Assembly: GCA_945928645.1 (NCBI GenBank)
Contig: CAMENR010000004.1
Coordinates: 1-61,586 of the forward strand
Source: an uncultured Clostridia bacterium
Lineage (GTDB): Bacteria > Bacillota > Clostridia > Christensenellales > UBA1242
Length of the DNA stretch: 61,586 nt
Direction: 5' to 3'
Below the pieces are notes generated by a model, which saw only the letters and a list, made by a program, of their open reading frames with translations, searched no databases and was not told the DNA's origin. The position numbers and the translations under genes were made by a program. Positions 1 through 9,966 of the stretch are shown piece after piece. Each line of letters opens with the position of its first letter. Within the stretch, counting starts at the first letter, position 1.

Positions 1-144
1 TTGTATATTAGAAAAATTGCACAAAAATATTGTCAAATGTTGTCATTTAGTTGATTTTTTTTAGAAAAAAAACTATACTATATTTGGCATATACGACGTA
101 TGGCAAAAAATAAAAAATTTTATAAATAATTTAGGGGAAAAATT

Positions 145-1038
145 ATGAATAAATTTGAAATATCGGCCGACAGCACATGTGATTTGTATGCTAGCGAATA
201 CAAGCAACTTAATGTGTTTGTCGCACCATTGGAATATACAATGGCAGATGGTGATAACATTGTTGTTGAACAAGATGAATACACCAAGGAGTCGCAATAC
301 ATAGAGTTTTATGAAAAATTGAGAAAGGGATTTATTGCAAAGACTTCTATTCTTAATGTTGATTCTCACATAAGGCTTTTTACAAAAATGTTGGAAAGTG
401 GAATAAGAAATATCTTGCATATTTCGCAGGGTTATGGGCTTAGTCCAACAGTTGACAATGCAAACAAGGCAATAGAAGAAGTAAAAAAATCTTATCCAGA
501 TGCTAATATTATTGCTATCGAAAGCGACACCACAACTGTGGGCGAGGGAATGGTAGTTAGAGGTGCATGCAAACTTCGAGATGAAGGAGAGAGCCTTGAG
601 GAAGCAGTTAAGCAAATAGAAGGTTTTAAGCACCACATACAACATTTTGTGTTGGTAAACGACCTAAAATTTCTTGCACGTGGTGGCAGAATAAGCAAAG
701 CCTCTGCTAGCATTGGCTCTATGCTTCAGGTAAAGCCAATACTGGAGTTTGGCAGAGATGGAAAGTTGAAAGTTTGCAGAAAGGAAATTGGACTAAAAAA
801 GGCTATGAATTCTATCGTTTCAGACTATGCAAAATTTACAAGGAACGAGAAATTTCCTTTTATATATATTGTTCACACAGACAATTTGTCATTGGCACAA
901 CAATTGCAGGATATGCTTGCAGAAAGATATGATGTAAGACCAGAAATTCGCATAATGGGGCCAATAATTGGTGCTCATGTAGGGCCAGGTGCTGTGGCAT
1001 ATGCCTTTGTCAGCAACGAGGATAGACCATATGACTAA
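145..1038 (+). CDS. DegV family fatty-acid-binding protein
   Basis: 297-aa ORF with a purine-rich SD (AGGGGAAAA) before ATG 145. N-terminal ISADSTCDL motif and length/architecture are typical of DegV (EDD-fold lipid-binding) proteins. Confidence 0.85.
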   Translation: MNKFEISADSTCDLYASEYKQLNVFVAPLEYTMADGDNIVVEQDEYTKESQYIEFYEKLRKGFIAKTSILNVDSHIRLFTKMLESGIRNILHISQGYGLSPTVDNANKAIEEVKKSYPDANIIAIESDTTTVGEGMVVRGACKLRDEGESLEEAVKQIEGFKHHIQHFVLVNDLKFLARGGRISKASASIGSMLQVKPILEFGRDGKLKVCRKEIGLKKAMNSIVSDYAKFTRNEKFPFIYIVHTDNLSLAQQLQDMLAERYDVRPEIRIMGPIIGAHVGPGAVAYAFVSNEDRPYD

Positions 1039-1924
1039 TGATTTTTCAAAACAAAATCGCTGTTTGGATTGCCCAAGGGGTTGCCCTTTGGGCAAATCTT
1101 TTTGTGGCAAAAGTCAAGAATTTGTGCGTGTAGCAAAAGTTATGAGGCATCGTTTTGAAGAGCCTATAATTTGCCCAGATAACGGTAGTGGTGCAATATT
1201 CTTTTCCTATTGTTCGCTTAAATGTTGTTTTTGTCAAAATTATCAGATATCTCATCAAGGGCAGGGCAAAGATTTTTCTGTTTTGCAACTTGCCGAGTTG
1301 TTTGAAAGGGTGGAAAATAGCGGAGTTGCCAATCTCAATTTGGTTACACCAACCCATTACACTTCAAAGATTATTGAAGCATTAAAAATCGCCAAACCAA
1401 AAATTCCTGTCGTTTGGAATACCAGTGGATATGAGCGAAAGGAAAACATCTTAAAACTAAAAGATTATGTAGATATATTTTTGTTTGATTTTAAGTATTT
1501 TGACCAAGGGCTTGCCCAAAAATATTCAAAGGCAGGGGATTATTTTGAGGTGTGTTGCCAAGCACTCAAAACAGCAAGGAAAATTGTGCCAGAAGATATT
1601 ATTGAAAACGGAGTGATGAAAAAAGGTATAATTGTTAGACACCTTGTCTTACCCAATGCCTATGAGGATAGCCTGAAGATTTTGGACAAGATTGCAGAAC
1701 TTTTGGGGAACAATACAATTATAAGTATTATGAGTCAATTTGTTCCTTGTTATAAGGCAAATAATTTTAGCGAACTTCAAGATAAAATTTCGTTGTTGCA
1801 ATACAAAAAAGTGCTTGCCCACGCAAAAAAATTGGGATTTGAAAATGGATTTATCCAAGACTTGACCAGCGCAACGTTAGATTATACGCCAGACTTTTCG
1901 TTGGATAGATTTGAAGAATTGTAA
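1031..1924 (+). CDS. Radical SAM protein (PflX/activase-like family)
   Basis: CxxxCxxC cluster in FSYCSLKCCFCQNY, plus an N-terminal Cys-rich segment CLDCPRGCPLGKSFCG. I place the start at ATG 1031 (MTNDFSK), overlapping the degV-like stop by 8 nt, rather than the track start 989. Confidence 0.75.
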   Translation: MTNDFSKQNRCLDCPRGCPLGKSFCGKSQEFVRVAKVMRHRFEEPIICPDNGSGAIFFSYCSLKCCFCQNYQISHQGQGKDFSVLQLAELFERVENSGVANLNLVTPTHYTSKIIEALKIAKPKIPVVWNTSGYERKENILKLKDYVDIFLFDFKYFDQGLAQKYSKAGDYFEVCCQALKTARKIVPEDIIENGVMKKGIIVRHLVLPNAYEDSLKILDKIAELLGNNTIISIMSQFVPCYKANNFSELQDKISLLQYKKVLAHAKKLGFENGFIQDLTSATLDYTPDFSLDRFEEL

Positions 1925-2101
1925 AGCGAGTAAAATTTTATTAGTAATCTTTTCAAAATTTAACATATATTTAGTTTATATACGGTATTGTTTGATTTGA
2001 GAAAATGACAACAAAAATAACTCTTTATAGGTGTTTTCATCATAAAAATTGCAAGATAAACCGATAAAGGTTGTCGTTTTGCCCAAATTTATTTTTCAAT
2101 A

Positions 2102-2130
2102 TTGACAACAACTAGTCGTTGTGGTAAAAT
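2102..2130 (+). promoter_or_regulatory. Sigma-A-type promoter (TTGACA, 17-nt spacer, TGgTAAAAT)
   Basis: TTGACA at 2102-2107, 17-nt spacer, extended -10 TGnTAAAAT ending at 2130, about 35 nt upstream of ATG 2166. Confidence 0.5.
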
Positions 2131-2165
2131 CTTGTTAATTATAAAGAAAGTGAGGTAAAAGGATA

Positions 2166-3386
2166 ATGTTGGATACTTTTTTGAACATTCTAGGGGTTAT
2201 CGGAATTATCGTAGTTGCGGCATTTATTATTGTTTTTTTGTCAGACCTCTTCATTTCTATAGTTGATGGCACCAACGGAATATTCTTCAAACGCCACAAA
2301 CAAAGTGAAGACAAACCTGTTACAAGACCAAAACTCCTCAATGCTCCAAATGAAGAACAAGAACGACCTGTTGTAAAACCAATACAACAAGAACAACCTG
2401 CAGAAGAATCTACTCCAAAGGTAGAAGAACCTGCAAAAGAAGAACCTGAAACTCCATCTGATGTAGATATGGAGCAGGCAAAGGCTGAGGAAGAAGCCTT
2501 GAAAGCAAGAAACATTCAACCACAACAACCAATAGTTGTGCCTGTGGAAGAAGAGGACTTGGATTCTATCGTAAGCGAAATAACTGAAGAAACAAAGAAA
2601 GTGGTTGCTCAACTAGATGAAGAGAGGAAATCTCAAAAAGAACTTGATGAAGCAAAGAAAAGTGCAGAAGATGCGTTGACACAAGCACAAGAAGCACAAA
2701 AACAAGCAGAAGATGCACAAAAGCAAGCAGAAGATGCAGAAAATCGTCAAAGAGAATTGGAAGAAAAGATTGCAGAATTACAAAAACAAATTGAGGACGA
2801 CCAAAAGACAATAAAAGATTTGGAAGAAAAATCTGCAGAACAATCAGCCACAGTTGCATTGCCAACTGCCAGCAAAGAAGAATTGCAACAAAGGTTGGAA
2901 GTGCTAAAACAAAGACTTAAAGAGAACGAAAAAGAACTTTCTGCCAACAAAAAAGAATTTTTGCCACTTAGAAGAGTAAATATGACACTTGACAGTGACA
3001 AGAGGAAACTTCGCAGAAAAGAAGCCATTGTTGCAAAACAAAAAGTTGTGCTGTATGGTGTAAATAACTATGTGGATATAGACGAAGAAAAAGCAAACAA
3101 ACTTACACAAGAACTTGACCTTTTGGAAGGACTTAGACTTTCTGTTCAACATTGTGAAGAAGTAATGCAAAAGAACAAGGATAGATATCCAATACTAGAA
3201 AGAGCAAACGCATTCCTAAACAAAAACCATGATGAACTAAAGAGTGACATCGCAGACCTAGAAGAAAAAATTAGACTTATTGAAGAACAGCAAGCAAAAG
3301 AAGCAGAACAAGCAGAACAAACAGAAACAGAAGTAAAAGAAAATGCAACAGACAACGGCAATAATGACAACTCTGTAAACAACTAA
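2166..3386 (+). CDS. Membrane-anchored coiled-coil protein, E/K/Q-rich, function unknown
   Basis: 406-aa ORF with SD GTGAGGT. One N-terminal TM helix (VIGIIVVAAFIIVFLSDLFI), then a P/E-rich linker and long heptad-like AEDAQKQAEDA / EEKIAELQKQIED stretches. Followed by a strong terminator. Confidence 0.6.
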   Translation: MLDTFLNILGVIGIIVVAAFIIVFLSDLFISIVDGTNGIFFKRHKQSEDKPVTRPKLLNAPNEEQERPVVKPIQQEQPAEESTPKVEEPAKEEPETPSDVDMEQAKAEEEALKARNIQPQQPIVVPVEEEDLDSIVSEITEETKKVVAQLDEERKSQKELDEAKKSAEDALTQAQEAQKQAEDAQKQAEDAENRQRELEEKIAELQKQIEDDQKTIKDLEEKSAEQSATVALPTASKEELQQRLEVLKQRLKENEKELSANKKEFLPLRRVNMTLDSDKRKLRRKEAIVAKQKVVLYGVNNYVDIDEEKANKLTQELDLLEGLRLSVQHCEEVMQKNKDRYPILERANAFLNKNHDELKSDIADLEEKIRLIEEQQAKEAEQAEQTETEVKENATDNGNNDNSVNN

Positions 3387-3397
3387 ATATTATTAAA

Positions 3398-3441
3398 AAC
3401 AAGAGAATTTTGAAGAAAACACTATTCTCTTGTTTTTTTTA
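3398..3441 (+). terminator. Rho-independent terminator
   Basis: AACAAGAGAAT (3398-3408) pairs with ATTCTCTTGTT (3424-3434), followed by a T-run. Confidence 0.7.
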
Positions 3442-3568
3442 TTTTTATACTCTTGTTTAGGGCTTTTTTGTTTTGATAATTTGAAATTATGTGATAATAT
3501 TTAGTCTGTGTATAATAGTGGTTACAGTTTGATTTTAGAAGAAATAAAGGTTGGTATTAGGGGGTAAA

Positions 3569-4438
3569 ATGAAATTTTTTGAAAAAAAACGAGATATCCC
3601 AGTAAAGAATAAAAAAGTTAAACTCGGTCTTGCTCTTGGTGGCGGTGGGGCAAGGGGTGTAGCTCATATCGGTGTTCTTAAGGCTTTTGAAGAAAACGGA
3701 ATAACGTTTGATTTCGTTGCAGGGACTAGTGCCGGCTCTATTGTGGGAGCAATGTATTCCTTTGGAAAAACTCCAGAGGAAATGCTAAAAATAGCGAGAA
3801 CACTAGATGTAAAAGATATAAGAAAGAGCAAATTTTTTATGCCATCAAAGACTGATGGAATTGAAGATTTGATAAAGCAAAATTTGGGTGATGTAGATGT
3901 TTCGCAGTCAAAAATTCCTTTTTCTGCTATTGCTGTGGATTTGATTTCTTCACGAGAGATTGCCTTTACTCGTGGCAACCTTTCCAAGGTAGTTGCTGGA
4001 AGTTGTGCAGTGCCGGCAGTTTTTGTCCCTGTGGAGTATGAAGATATGCATTTAAGTGATGGCGGACTTCAAAACAACATTCCTAGCGATGTGCCAAGGC
4101 ATTTTGGCTGTGATTATGTAGTTGCAGTAGATGTAAATTCTACAAGAGGATATGGCACATCTTCTCTTAAGGTGCTAGATGTTATTTTGGCAACAATAAG
4201 AATAATGAGCAAGAGTAATTGCAACAAGGGTTATCTAAATGCAGATATTGTGGTCGCACCAAGTATGAAGGAATATAAATCTACCAAAATTGATGATATT
4301 GATGCGATGTATGCAGAGGGCTATCAAGCAGGGCTAGAAGCAGTGCCAAAGATTTTGGAACTGATATCCAAAAAACCTAAAAAAGCACATAAAATTAGAT
4401 TTAAGATTGCTAGTGAACAAAAACAAAAGATAGTGTGA
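3569..4438 (+). CDS. Patatin-like phospholipase
   Basis: GGGGARG oxyanion motif, GTSAG (GxSxG nucleophile) and the DGG Asp dyad motif (LSDGGLQNN). ATG 3569 follows SD AGGGGG; track start 3551 rejected. Confidence 0.85.
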   Translation: MKFFEKKRDIPVKNKKVKLGLALGGGGARGVAHIGVLKAFEENGITFDFVAGTSAGSIVGAMYSFGKTPEEMLKIARTLDVKDIRKSKFFMPSKTDGIEDLIKQNLGDVDVSQSKIPFSAIAVDLISSREIAFTRGNLSKVVAGSCAVPAVFVPVEYEDMHLSDGGLQNNIPSDVPRHFGCDYVVAVDVNSTRGYGTSSLKVLDVILATIRIMSKSNCNKGYLNADIVVAPSMKEYKSTKIDDIDAMYAEGYQAGLEAVPKILELISKKPKKAHKIRFKIASEQKQKIV

Positions 4439-4445
4439 GGTTGTT

Positions 4446-5678
4446 ATGAACAAAAAACAAGATGATGATTTAAGAAATTTTGCAAAGAAACAAATAAACA
4501 AACAGATTAACAAAGGGAAAAAGAAAGCAGTAAAAAACATTGAAAAGATTGCTCGTGGCGAAAAGGTGCAAACCAGGGCAATGAGTGAAAAAACTAAGGC
4601 AAAGACTGCTTTTAAGTTGGTTATATACTCTATATTGTGGGTTGCGCTTATAGTCAGTTTGTTTTTCTCGTCAACTATCGAAAGACAAATAAACAAAACA
4701 ACATTTCAATTTGAAACCGCAGTTGCAACTGGGGAGTATAAGGTTCACTTTATTGATGTAGGTCAGGGAGATTCTACACTTATCCAACTGCCAGACAATA
4801 AAACGATGCTTATAGACACAGGTGATCCAAGCGCCAAAAACGCCCTTGTTAGATACATAGATGCACTTAACATAACAACTATAGACTATTTTATTGCCAC
4901 CCATACAGACAATGACCATATTGGCAACGCACCAACAGTGTTCAGCCTGTATGAAATTAAAAATTTTTATGCACCAAAATGCTATTCCAATTATGAAACT
5001 AAAAATAACAAAATAGAAAATCCAAATTATAAAGTTGTAACAACAAAAATTTGGGAAAACACCATAACCAGTGCTTATCAAGAAGAAGGACTAACATTAA
5101 AGCGCAACGAGGCAGACGAACAAATTACTGGAGAAGACTATTCTTTTGTATTTTATGGTCCAAGTGAAGTTAAATATACTGATGTCAACGACTATAGCCC
5201 AATTATAATAGCCAACATTTGTGGAATAAAATATGTATTTACGGGTGATGCTAGTGTAGACACAGAAGAAGAGTTTTTGAACAACTACAGTTCTGCAATT
5301 TTATCAACACCAAGTGTTTTTGATTGCAATATACTCAAGGTAGGGCATCATGGCAGTGATACATCTACTAGCCAGGAGTTTTTGGATGTTATTCTACCAG
5401 AAATTGCAGTGATAAGTGTAGGAAAGGATAATAAATATGGCCATCCAAAACAAGAAGTGTGTGAGAGAATGGAAGATATGAATATAGAAATTCGCAGAAC
5501 AGATGAAGAGGGAAGTATAGTCTTTTCTTCCAACGAAAGTATGCCTGTTTCGCAAAGCAACTTCAACCACGTATCAGACTCTTATGTAGAGTGGAAATAT
5601 ATCGTTATAGTTGGTGGAATTGTGCTTGCAATATCTTGGTTTGCATTTTTCAGTAGGAGCAAAAAGAAGGCAAAATAA
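4446..5678 (+). CDS. ComEC C-terminal-domain-like MBL-fold metallo-hydrolase, membrane anchored
   Basis: FIDVGQGDSTLI, ATHTDNDHIGN and VGHHGSDTS motifs are typical of the ComEC/Rec2 beta-lactamase-fold domain. TM helices at both N- and C-terminus; the ComEC channel domain is absent. Confidence 0.75.
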   Translation: MNKKQDDDLRNFAKKQINKQINKGKKKAVKNIEKIARGEKVQTRAMSEKTKAKTAFKLVIYSILWVALIVSLFFSSTIERQINKTTFQFETAVATGEYKVHFIDVGQGDSTLIQLPDNKTMLIDTGDPSAKNALVRYIDALNITTIDYFIATHTDNDHIGNAPTVFSLYEIKNFYAPKCYSNYETKNNKIENPNYKVVTTKIWENTITSAYQEEGLTLKRNEADEQITGEDYSFVFYGPSEVKYTDVNDYSPIIIANICGIKYVFTGDASVDTEEEFLNNYSSAILSTPSVFDCNILKVGHHGSDTSTSQEFLDVILPEIAVISVGKDNKYGHPKQEVCERMEDMNIEIRRTDEEGSIVFSSNESMPVSQSNFNHVSDSYVEWKYIVIVGGIVLAISWFAFFSRSKKKAK

Positions 5679-5757
5679 TAGCAATCTTGTGCCAAAACAC
5701 CTTGTTATTGAAAAATATAACTTTCAAAAATTGGGTCTTTATTTTTCAATTTATATA

Positions 5758-5766
5758 TGCTATAAT
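5758..5766 (+). promoter_or_regulatory. Extended -10 element TGcTATAAT immediately upstream of floA
   Basis: TG at 5758-5759, TATAAT at 5761-5766. The floA ATG is at 5776 with no SD in between, which suggests a leaderless or near-leaderless mRNA. Confidence 0.4.
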
Positions 5767-5775
5767 GCTTTTAGT

Positions 5776-6819
5776 ATGGAAAAGTTAATTGGTATTTCAA
5801 CTTCAAATATTATAACATTGAGTATCACATTGGCTATTTTGATTGCTTTGGTGGTGGCTTTTTGTATTGCAGTGCCTGTAAAAACATGGTGGAGTGCCTT
5901 GTGGGCTGGCGCCTATGTTTCTGCTCGCAAACTATCTTCGCTGAAGTGGCGAAAGGTTGATTATAGAACATTGACATCTTGTTATATCAAGGCAAAGAAG
6001 GCAAATTTGCCTATTAGTTTTGACGACCTAGAAAGTCATCTTTTGTCTGGTGGAAATGTTGTAGGATTGGTGGACGGAATGTCACTAGCTATTGCAAGTG
6101 ATATTGTTTTGTCATTGGATACAGCAAAGGCTATAGATTTGGCTGGGCAAAATATTTGCAAAGTAGTAAACGAAACCATCAAGCCAAAAGTGGTAGAAAG
6201 TGAAACAATTTGCGCTACAACGTGTGATGGGAGAGAGGTTAAAGTGGTTGTGTCTATTGGATTGAAGGCTAGGATATCAAACACAATTGGTGGCTTGGGA
6301 GAAGATGTAATATTGTCTAGAGTTAGGGAAGGTGTTTTGAGTGTTATTGGTGGTGCAAAATCATACAACGACCTTATGCAAAACCCTGACCTTATCTCAA
6401 AATCAGTTTTGGCAAAGGGCTTTGCCAAAGAATGTGCATTTGATGTGGTGTCTTTGGATATCAAATCTATTGAACTAGGCAGAGATTTTGTGGCAGAAAA
6501 AAGAGTAGAACAAGACAAGCGAGATAGAGCAATAGCCCTTTCAAAAGCAGAAGAAACACGACTTTTGGCAGAGGCAAAGACGGAAGAGATGAGAGCCAAA
6601 GCTGAGGAATTGAACGTAGAAAAATTGCAGGCAGAAGCAGAGATACCAAAAGCACTTATAAAGGCATTTGACGAAGGCAAAATTGGGGTTATGGACTATT
6701 ACAAATTGCAAAATATGATAGCAGATACCAATATGCGTAACACCATAACAAAAGACTATGTAAAGCCAGAAAAAGATGACGATGATGACGATGACGATTT
6801 TTTCGATATTAAAAATTAA
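5776..6819 (+). CDS. floA: Flotillin-like protein FloA (SPFH/UPF0365 family)
   Basis: LESHLLSGGNV, AIDLAGQN, PKVVES, VMDYYKLQNM and the EEMRAKAEE coiled coil match my memory of B. subtilis FloA/YqfA along the whole length. Start at ATG 5776 (MEKLIG), since the N-terminal TM begins right after. Asp8 tail at the C-terminus. Confidence 0.85.
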   Translation: MEKLIGISTSNIITLSITLAILIALVVAFCIAVPVKTWWSALWAGAYVSARKLSSLKWRKVDYRTLTSCYIKAKKANLPISFDDLESHLLSGGNVVGLVDGMSLAIASDIVLSLDTAKAIDLAGQNICKVVNETIKPKVVESETICATTCDGREVKVVVSIGLKARISNTIGGLGEDVILSRVREGVLSVIGGAKSYNDLMQNPDLISKSVLAKGFAKECAFDVVSLDIKSIELGRDFVAEKRVEQDKRDRAIALSKAEETRLLAEAKTEEMRAKAEELNVEKLQAEAEIPKALIKAFDEGKIGVMDYYKLQNMIADTNMRNTITKDYVKPEKDDDDDDDDFFDIKN

Positions 6820-6893
6820 AATATAGATAAACAACTATTGATAATAATTCTCAAACAAAAATTGTTCAAATTAACATCAAAAAGGAGGGAAGA

Positions 6894-7721
6894 ATGGATA
6901 TACTTTTTTATATTTGTTGTGCAACTTTTTTGCTCTCTCTTTTTATTCTAAAATTTAAGTGGTTTAAGAAAATTGGCAGTTTACTTGCAAAACCCTTCAT
7001 AAGTTTAATGAAGAAAAATCGTGAGAAAAAAAGAAAGAAAGAGGTTGGAAAGGGAGAAAAAGGTGATAGATTTGGCAAAAGTGAAATGCAGATTAGACCG
7101 GTGGTTTTGCCTCCACAACTAAACCCACCAAAAAAGGAAAATACACAAGAGGTAAAGCCAGCACAAGAAAATGAAGTTAAGTCAAACAATGTTCCACTGA
7201 CCCGTGAAGAAGCATTTGGCAGTGAATCTTTTGCCCCAATGCCAACCAGTGCAACAAGTGTAAAGAAAGACAACTCCTCTTTTGGCACGAAATTTGTTCA
7301 AAAGACAGCTGACAACAGTGCTAATGGGCAAGATAGGATAAAAATTGAAATTCCAAATAATGTTCTAAAAGCAGATAGCAGACAAGAATTTTTTGCCTCT
7401 AAAAAACCTACTCAACCTAGCGGAAAGGTAAAACCTAGTTCGCCATTTTCAACAAGTGATTTGGAAATAAATGATGAATATATAAGGCGAAATTCAACGT
7501 CAAGGGGCTTTTTTGAAAAGGGAAATAACACAGCAAGGGGATTTAGTAATAGTAGGGATAGAGATGCAATTATGGCAAAAAGACAAAAAGAATTTGAATC
7601 CTACAAGCGACAAAAGGACAGCCTTAATATAGACAACAAGGAAATTGACGTAAGCAACCTACCACCAAAACTAAAACGCTTGCTAGTTATGGGCATTTTG
7701 GACAAAAAGAATTATGACTGA
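6894..7721 (+). CDS. Hypothetical membrane-anchored protein, K/P/S-rich disordered
   Basis: 275-aa ORF with a good SD (AAGGAGGG) before ATG 6894. N-terminal TM helix; the remainder is low complexity. No recognisable domain. Confidence 0.55.
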   Translation: MDILFYICCATFLLSLFILKFKWFKKIGSLLAKPFISLMKKNREKKRKKEVGKGEKGDRFGKSEMQIRPVVLPPQLNPPKKENTQEVKPAQENEVKSNNVPLTREEAFGSESFAPMPTSATSVKKDNSSFGTKFVQKTADNSANGQDRIKIEIPNNVLKADSRQEFFASKKPTQPSGKVKPSSPFSTSDLEINDEYIRRNSTSRGFFEKGNNTARGFSNSRDRDAIMAKRQKEFESYKRQKDSLNIDNKEIDVSNLPPKLKRLLVMGILDKKNYD

Positions 7722-7949
7722 AACTTTATTAATTATGTAGGGTTTGTAGCATCCAAAAAAGTTGAAAATCCTTTATAAAATATTATTTTTGCAGAAATCA
7801 AGCAGAAATATTTATATCGAAATATGTAAAAAGTGGAGTAAGATTTTGCTTATTTATATAAGAAAGCATAAAACTATGCTGTGCAAAAAGCCCTGCGCAG
7901 ATTTTTTGCGTAAAATTTTGCTTATTGAAATAATATAAGACATATTTAT

Positions 7950-7978
7950 TTGACAAAATGGCTTATATTTTCTATTAT
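7950..7978 (+). promoter_or_regulatory. Sigma-A-type promoter (TTGACA-17-TATTAT)
   Basis: TTGACA at 7950-7955, 17-nt spacer, TATTAT at 7973-7978, about 80 nt upstream of ATG 8059. Confidence 0.45.
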
Positions 7979-8058
7979 TATGTTGTATGTAAAAGAAATT
8001 TTGATAAAAAATATTTTTGTATTGCATATCAAATTTTCAAAGATAAAGGGGGATAGTT

Positions 8059-8757
8059 ATGCCTGAAGAAAGTAAGGAAATGGAGTCAGAAAGAAATAGA
8101 AGGTCTTTGGTTGTTAATCACACAAAGAATATCTTGGGGGCAGACAATAGTCAGGTGCATATTTTCAAAACAAGTGCAGAATACGACAATTTGTTCCCAG
8201 TAGATGTGGCTGTGTTTGAACCAACAGAAGCCTTTAATGGTTATGTGGTGTCCACTGTGGGTTTAAGCGACTACAGATTTTCTGACAACGTTGCTAGGGC
8301 AGAACTTGTTATGGTTTTGCCATCAAGTTATAAGATGTCTTTTGAAAAGCCGGAATATGGTTGGGTGGTTAGGTTTATGGCACAGATGGCTCAGGCATGC
8401 ATATCAGACAACAGTGGCGTCGTGATAGGACAAGTGTTCACATTTTCCAAAGATGGCAAGCCTTGCTTTGCAGGGACCGATTGTATAAGTGGTGTGATAT
8501 CTTTTCCAGAGATGTTTCCATTGGAGTTTTTTGAGGAAAAGATCGGGCTAACTTACACTCATTTTTTGCAAGTTGTTCCACTTAATCAAAATAGATTGGA
8601 GAAGTTAAGGAGTGTGGGGTTTGAAACATTTTTGGACTTTGACTTGCACGATGCAGACGGCCCTGTGATGTTTGCGCCAGAACCACAAAAAGCAAAAGGG
8701 AATTCGCCAATAGACAAAATTATTTCGCACAATGAAGATATTCTTAATGACAAGTGA
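8059..8757 (+). CDS. Suppressor-of-fused (SUFU)-like domain protein
   Basis: The pattern VDVAVFEP..GYVVSTVGLSDYRF...AELVMVLPSSY...GWVVRFMAQMA....HFLQVVPL resembles bacterial SUFU-like proteins. SD AAGGGGGA before the ATG. The family call is from memory of the motif pattern only. Confidence 0.55.
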   Translation: MPEESKEMESERNRRSLVVNHTKNILGADNSQVHIFKTSAEYDNLFPVDVAVFEPTEAFNGYVVSTVGLSDYRFSDNVARAELVMVLPSSYKMSFEKPEYGWVVRFMAQMAQACISDNSGVVIGQVFTFSKDGKPCFAGTDCISGVISFPEMFPLEFFEEKIGLTYTHFLQVVPLNQNRLEKLRSVGFETFLDFDLHDADGPVMFAPEPQKAKGNSPIDKIISHNEDILNDK

Positions 8758-8854
8758 GTTTTGAATTTGTCAAGATTAGTTGTGTTTATACAAAAAGAAT
8801 AAAACTGTTGCCACAAGGTTGTTCCTTGTGGTTAAACATATAATAAGGAAAAAT

Positions 8855-9349
8855 ATGAGAAGAATTTTAGGGATAGACCCCGGATTTGCACTGTTGGGTT
8901 TTGGAGTTGTTGATGAAGATGGTGGCAGACAGACTGCTGTGGATTATGGGGTGATATCTACTCCAAAAGAGCAGAGCATATCTCAAAGGCTTTTGACTAT
9001 TCATCAAGGCATTTTGGCACTGATTGACAAATATCAGCCAGACTGTATGGCGATAGAAGAGTTGTTCTTTTTTCGCAATCAAACTACAATAATACCTGTT
9101 GCAGAGGCTAGGGGAATAATAATTTTGTGTGGGATAGAAAGAAATTTGCCTATGTATGAATATACCCCATTGCAGATAAAACAAGCATTAACTGGCAATG
9201 GCAGGGCAGAAAAGAAACAAATTCAGTTTATGGTCAAAAATATCTTGGGGTTGGAAAAAGCACCAAAACCAGACGATGCGGCAGATGCTGTGGCAGTGGC
9301 ACTTACTCATTTGCAATTTAATGACCAATTAAGTGATAATTCGATATAA
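8855..9349 (+). CDS. ruvC: Crossover junction endodeoxyribonuclease RuvC
   Basis: MRRILGIDPG start and DAADAVAVAL catalytic-Asp region; directly upstream of ruvA-ruvB. ATG 8855 chosen over track start 8780. Confidence 0.9.
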   Translation: MRRILGIDPGFALLGFGVVDEDGGRQTAVDYGVISTPKEQSISQRLLTIHQGILALIDKYQPDCMAIEELFFFRNQTTIIPVAEARGIIILCGIERNLPMYEYTPLQIKQALTGNGRAEKKQIQFMVKNILGLEKAPKPDDAADAVAVALTHLQFNDQLSDNSI

Positions 9350-9365
9350 AACTTTGGAGAAAGAG

Positions 9366-9950
9366 ATGTTTAGTTATTTAACAGGCAGGATAACAGATAG
9401 TGGCGAAGGGTGGATAACCCTTGACAATGGAGGTGTTGGTTATGAAATTTTTGTTTCGGCACTGGCACAAAAGACTTTGCTTGAAGCAGAGGGTGAAGTT
9501 AAAGTTTGGACATATTTTCAGGTGAAAGAAGACGGAATAAGCCTTTTTGGTTTTTTTTCTAAGGAAGAAAAAGAGGTCTTTCTCAAGCTTATCAGCGTTA
9601 GTGGTGTAGGACCAAAGGGTGCAATGGGTATGCTTTCTGGCATTTCTTACAATGATTTGTGTTCTATAATTGCGACTGGAGATGCAAAGACGTTGTCCAG
9701 TATCAAGGGGGTTGGCAAAAAGACAGCAGAGAGAATAATTGTTGATCTAAAAGACAAGGTTACCTTTGTTGGTGGAATGCCACAAACAGTGGCGGATAGC
9801 CTTTCGCAAGAGGTTGTTGATGCAGTGGAAGTGTTGTGCAGTTTGGGCATAACAAGGCCAGAAGCAGTTAAACTGGCAAACAATGTTTTTGTTGCAGGCG
9901 ACACTGCAGAGGATATTATATCCAAGTCTTTTGCACAGATAAGAAGATAG
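9366..9950 (+). CDS. ruvA: Holliday junction branch migration complex subunit RuvA
   Basis: MFSYLTGRI N-terminus and HhH motifs (VSGVGPKGAMGML, IKGVGKKTAERI). SD GGAGAAAGAG before ATG 9366. Confidence 0.9.
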   Translation: MFSYLTGRITDSGEGWITLDNGGVGYEIFVSALAQKTLLEAEGEVKVWTYFQVKEDGISLFGFFSKEEKEVFLKLISVSGVGPKGAMGMLSGISYNDLCSIIATGDAKTLSSIKGVGKKTAERIIVDLKDKVTFVGGMPQTVADSLSQEVVDAVEVLCSLGITRPEAVKLANNVFVAGDTAEDIISKSFAQIRR

Positions 9951-9966
9951 AAAGTAGGAATAAATT

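Noticed and set aside
5611-5775. Track start 5611 for floA (55 extra residues)
   Set aside because: The extension overlaps the ComEC-like gene end and the intergenic promoter. Homology to FloA begins at the TM helix after ATG 5776.
6036-6680. 214-aa minus-strand ORF inside floA
   Set aside because: It is antisense to a strongly homology-supported gene, its composition (S/A/I-rich) is typical of a shadow frame, and it has no SD.
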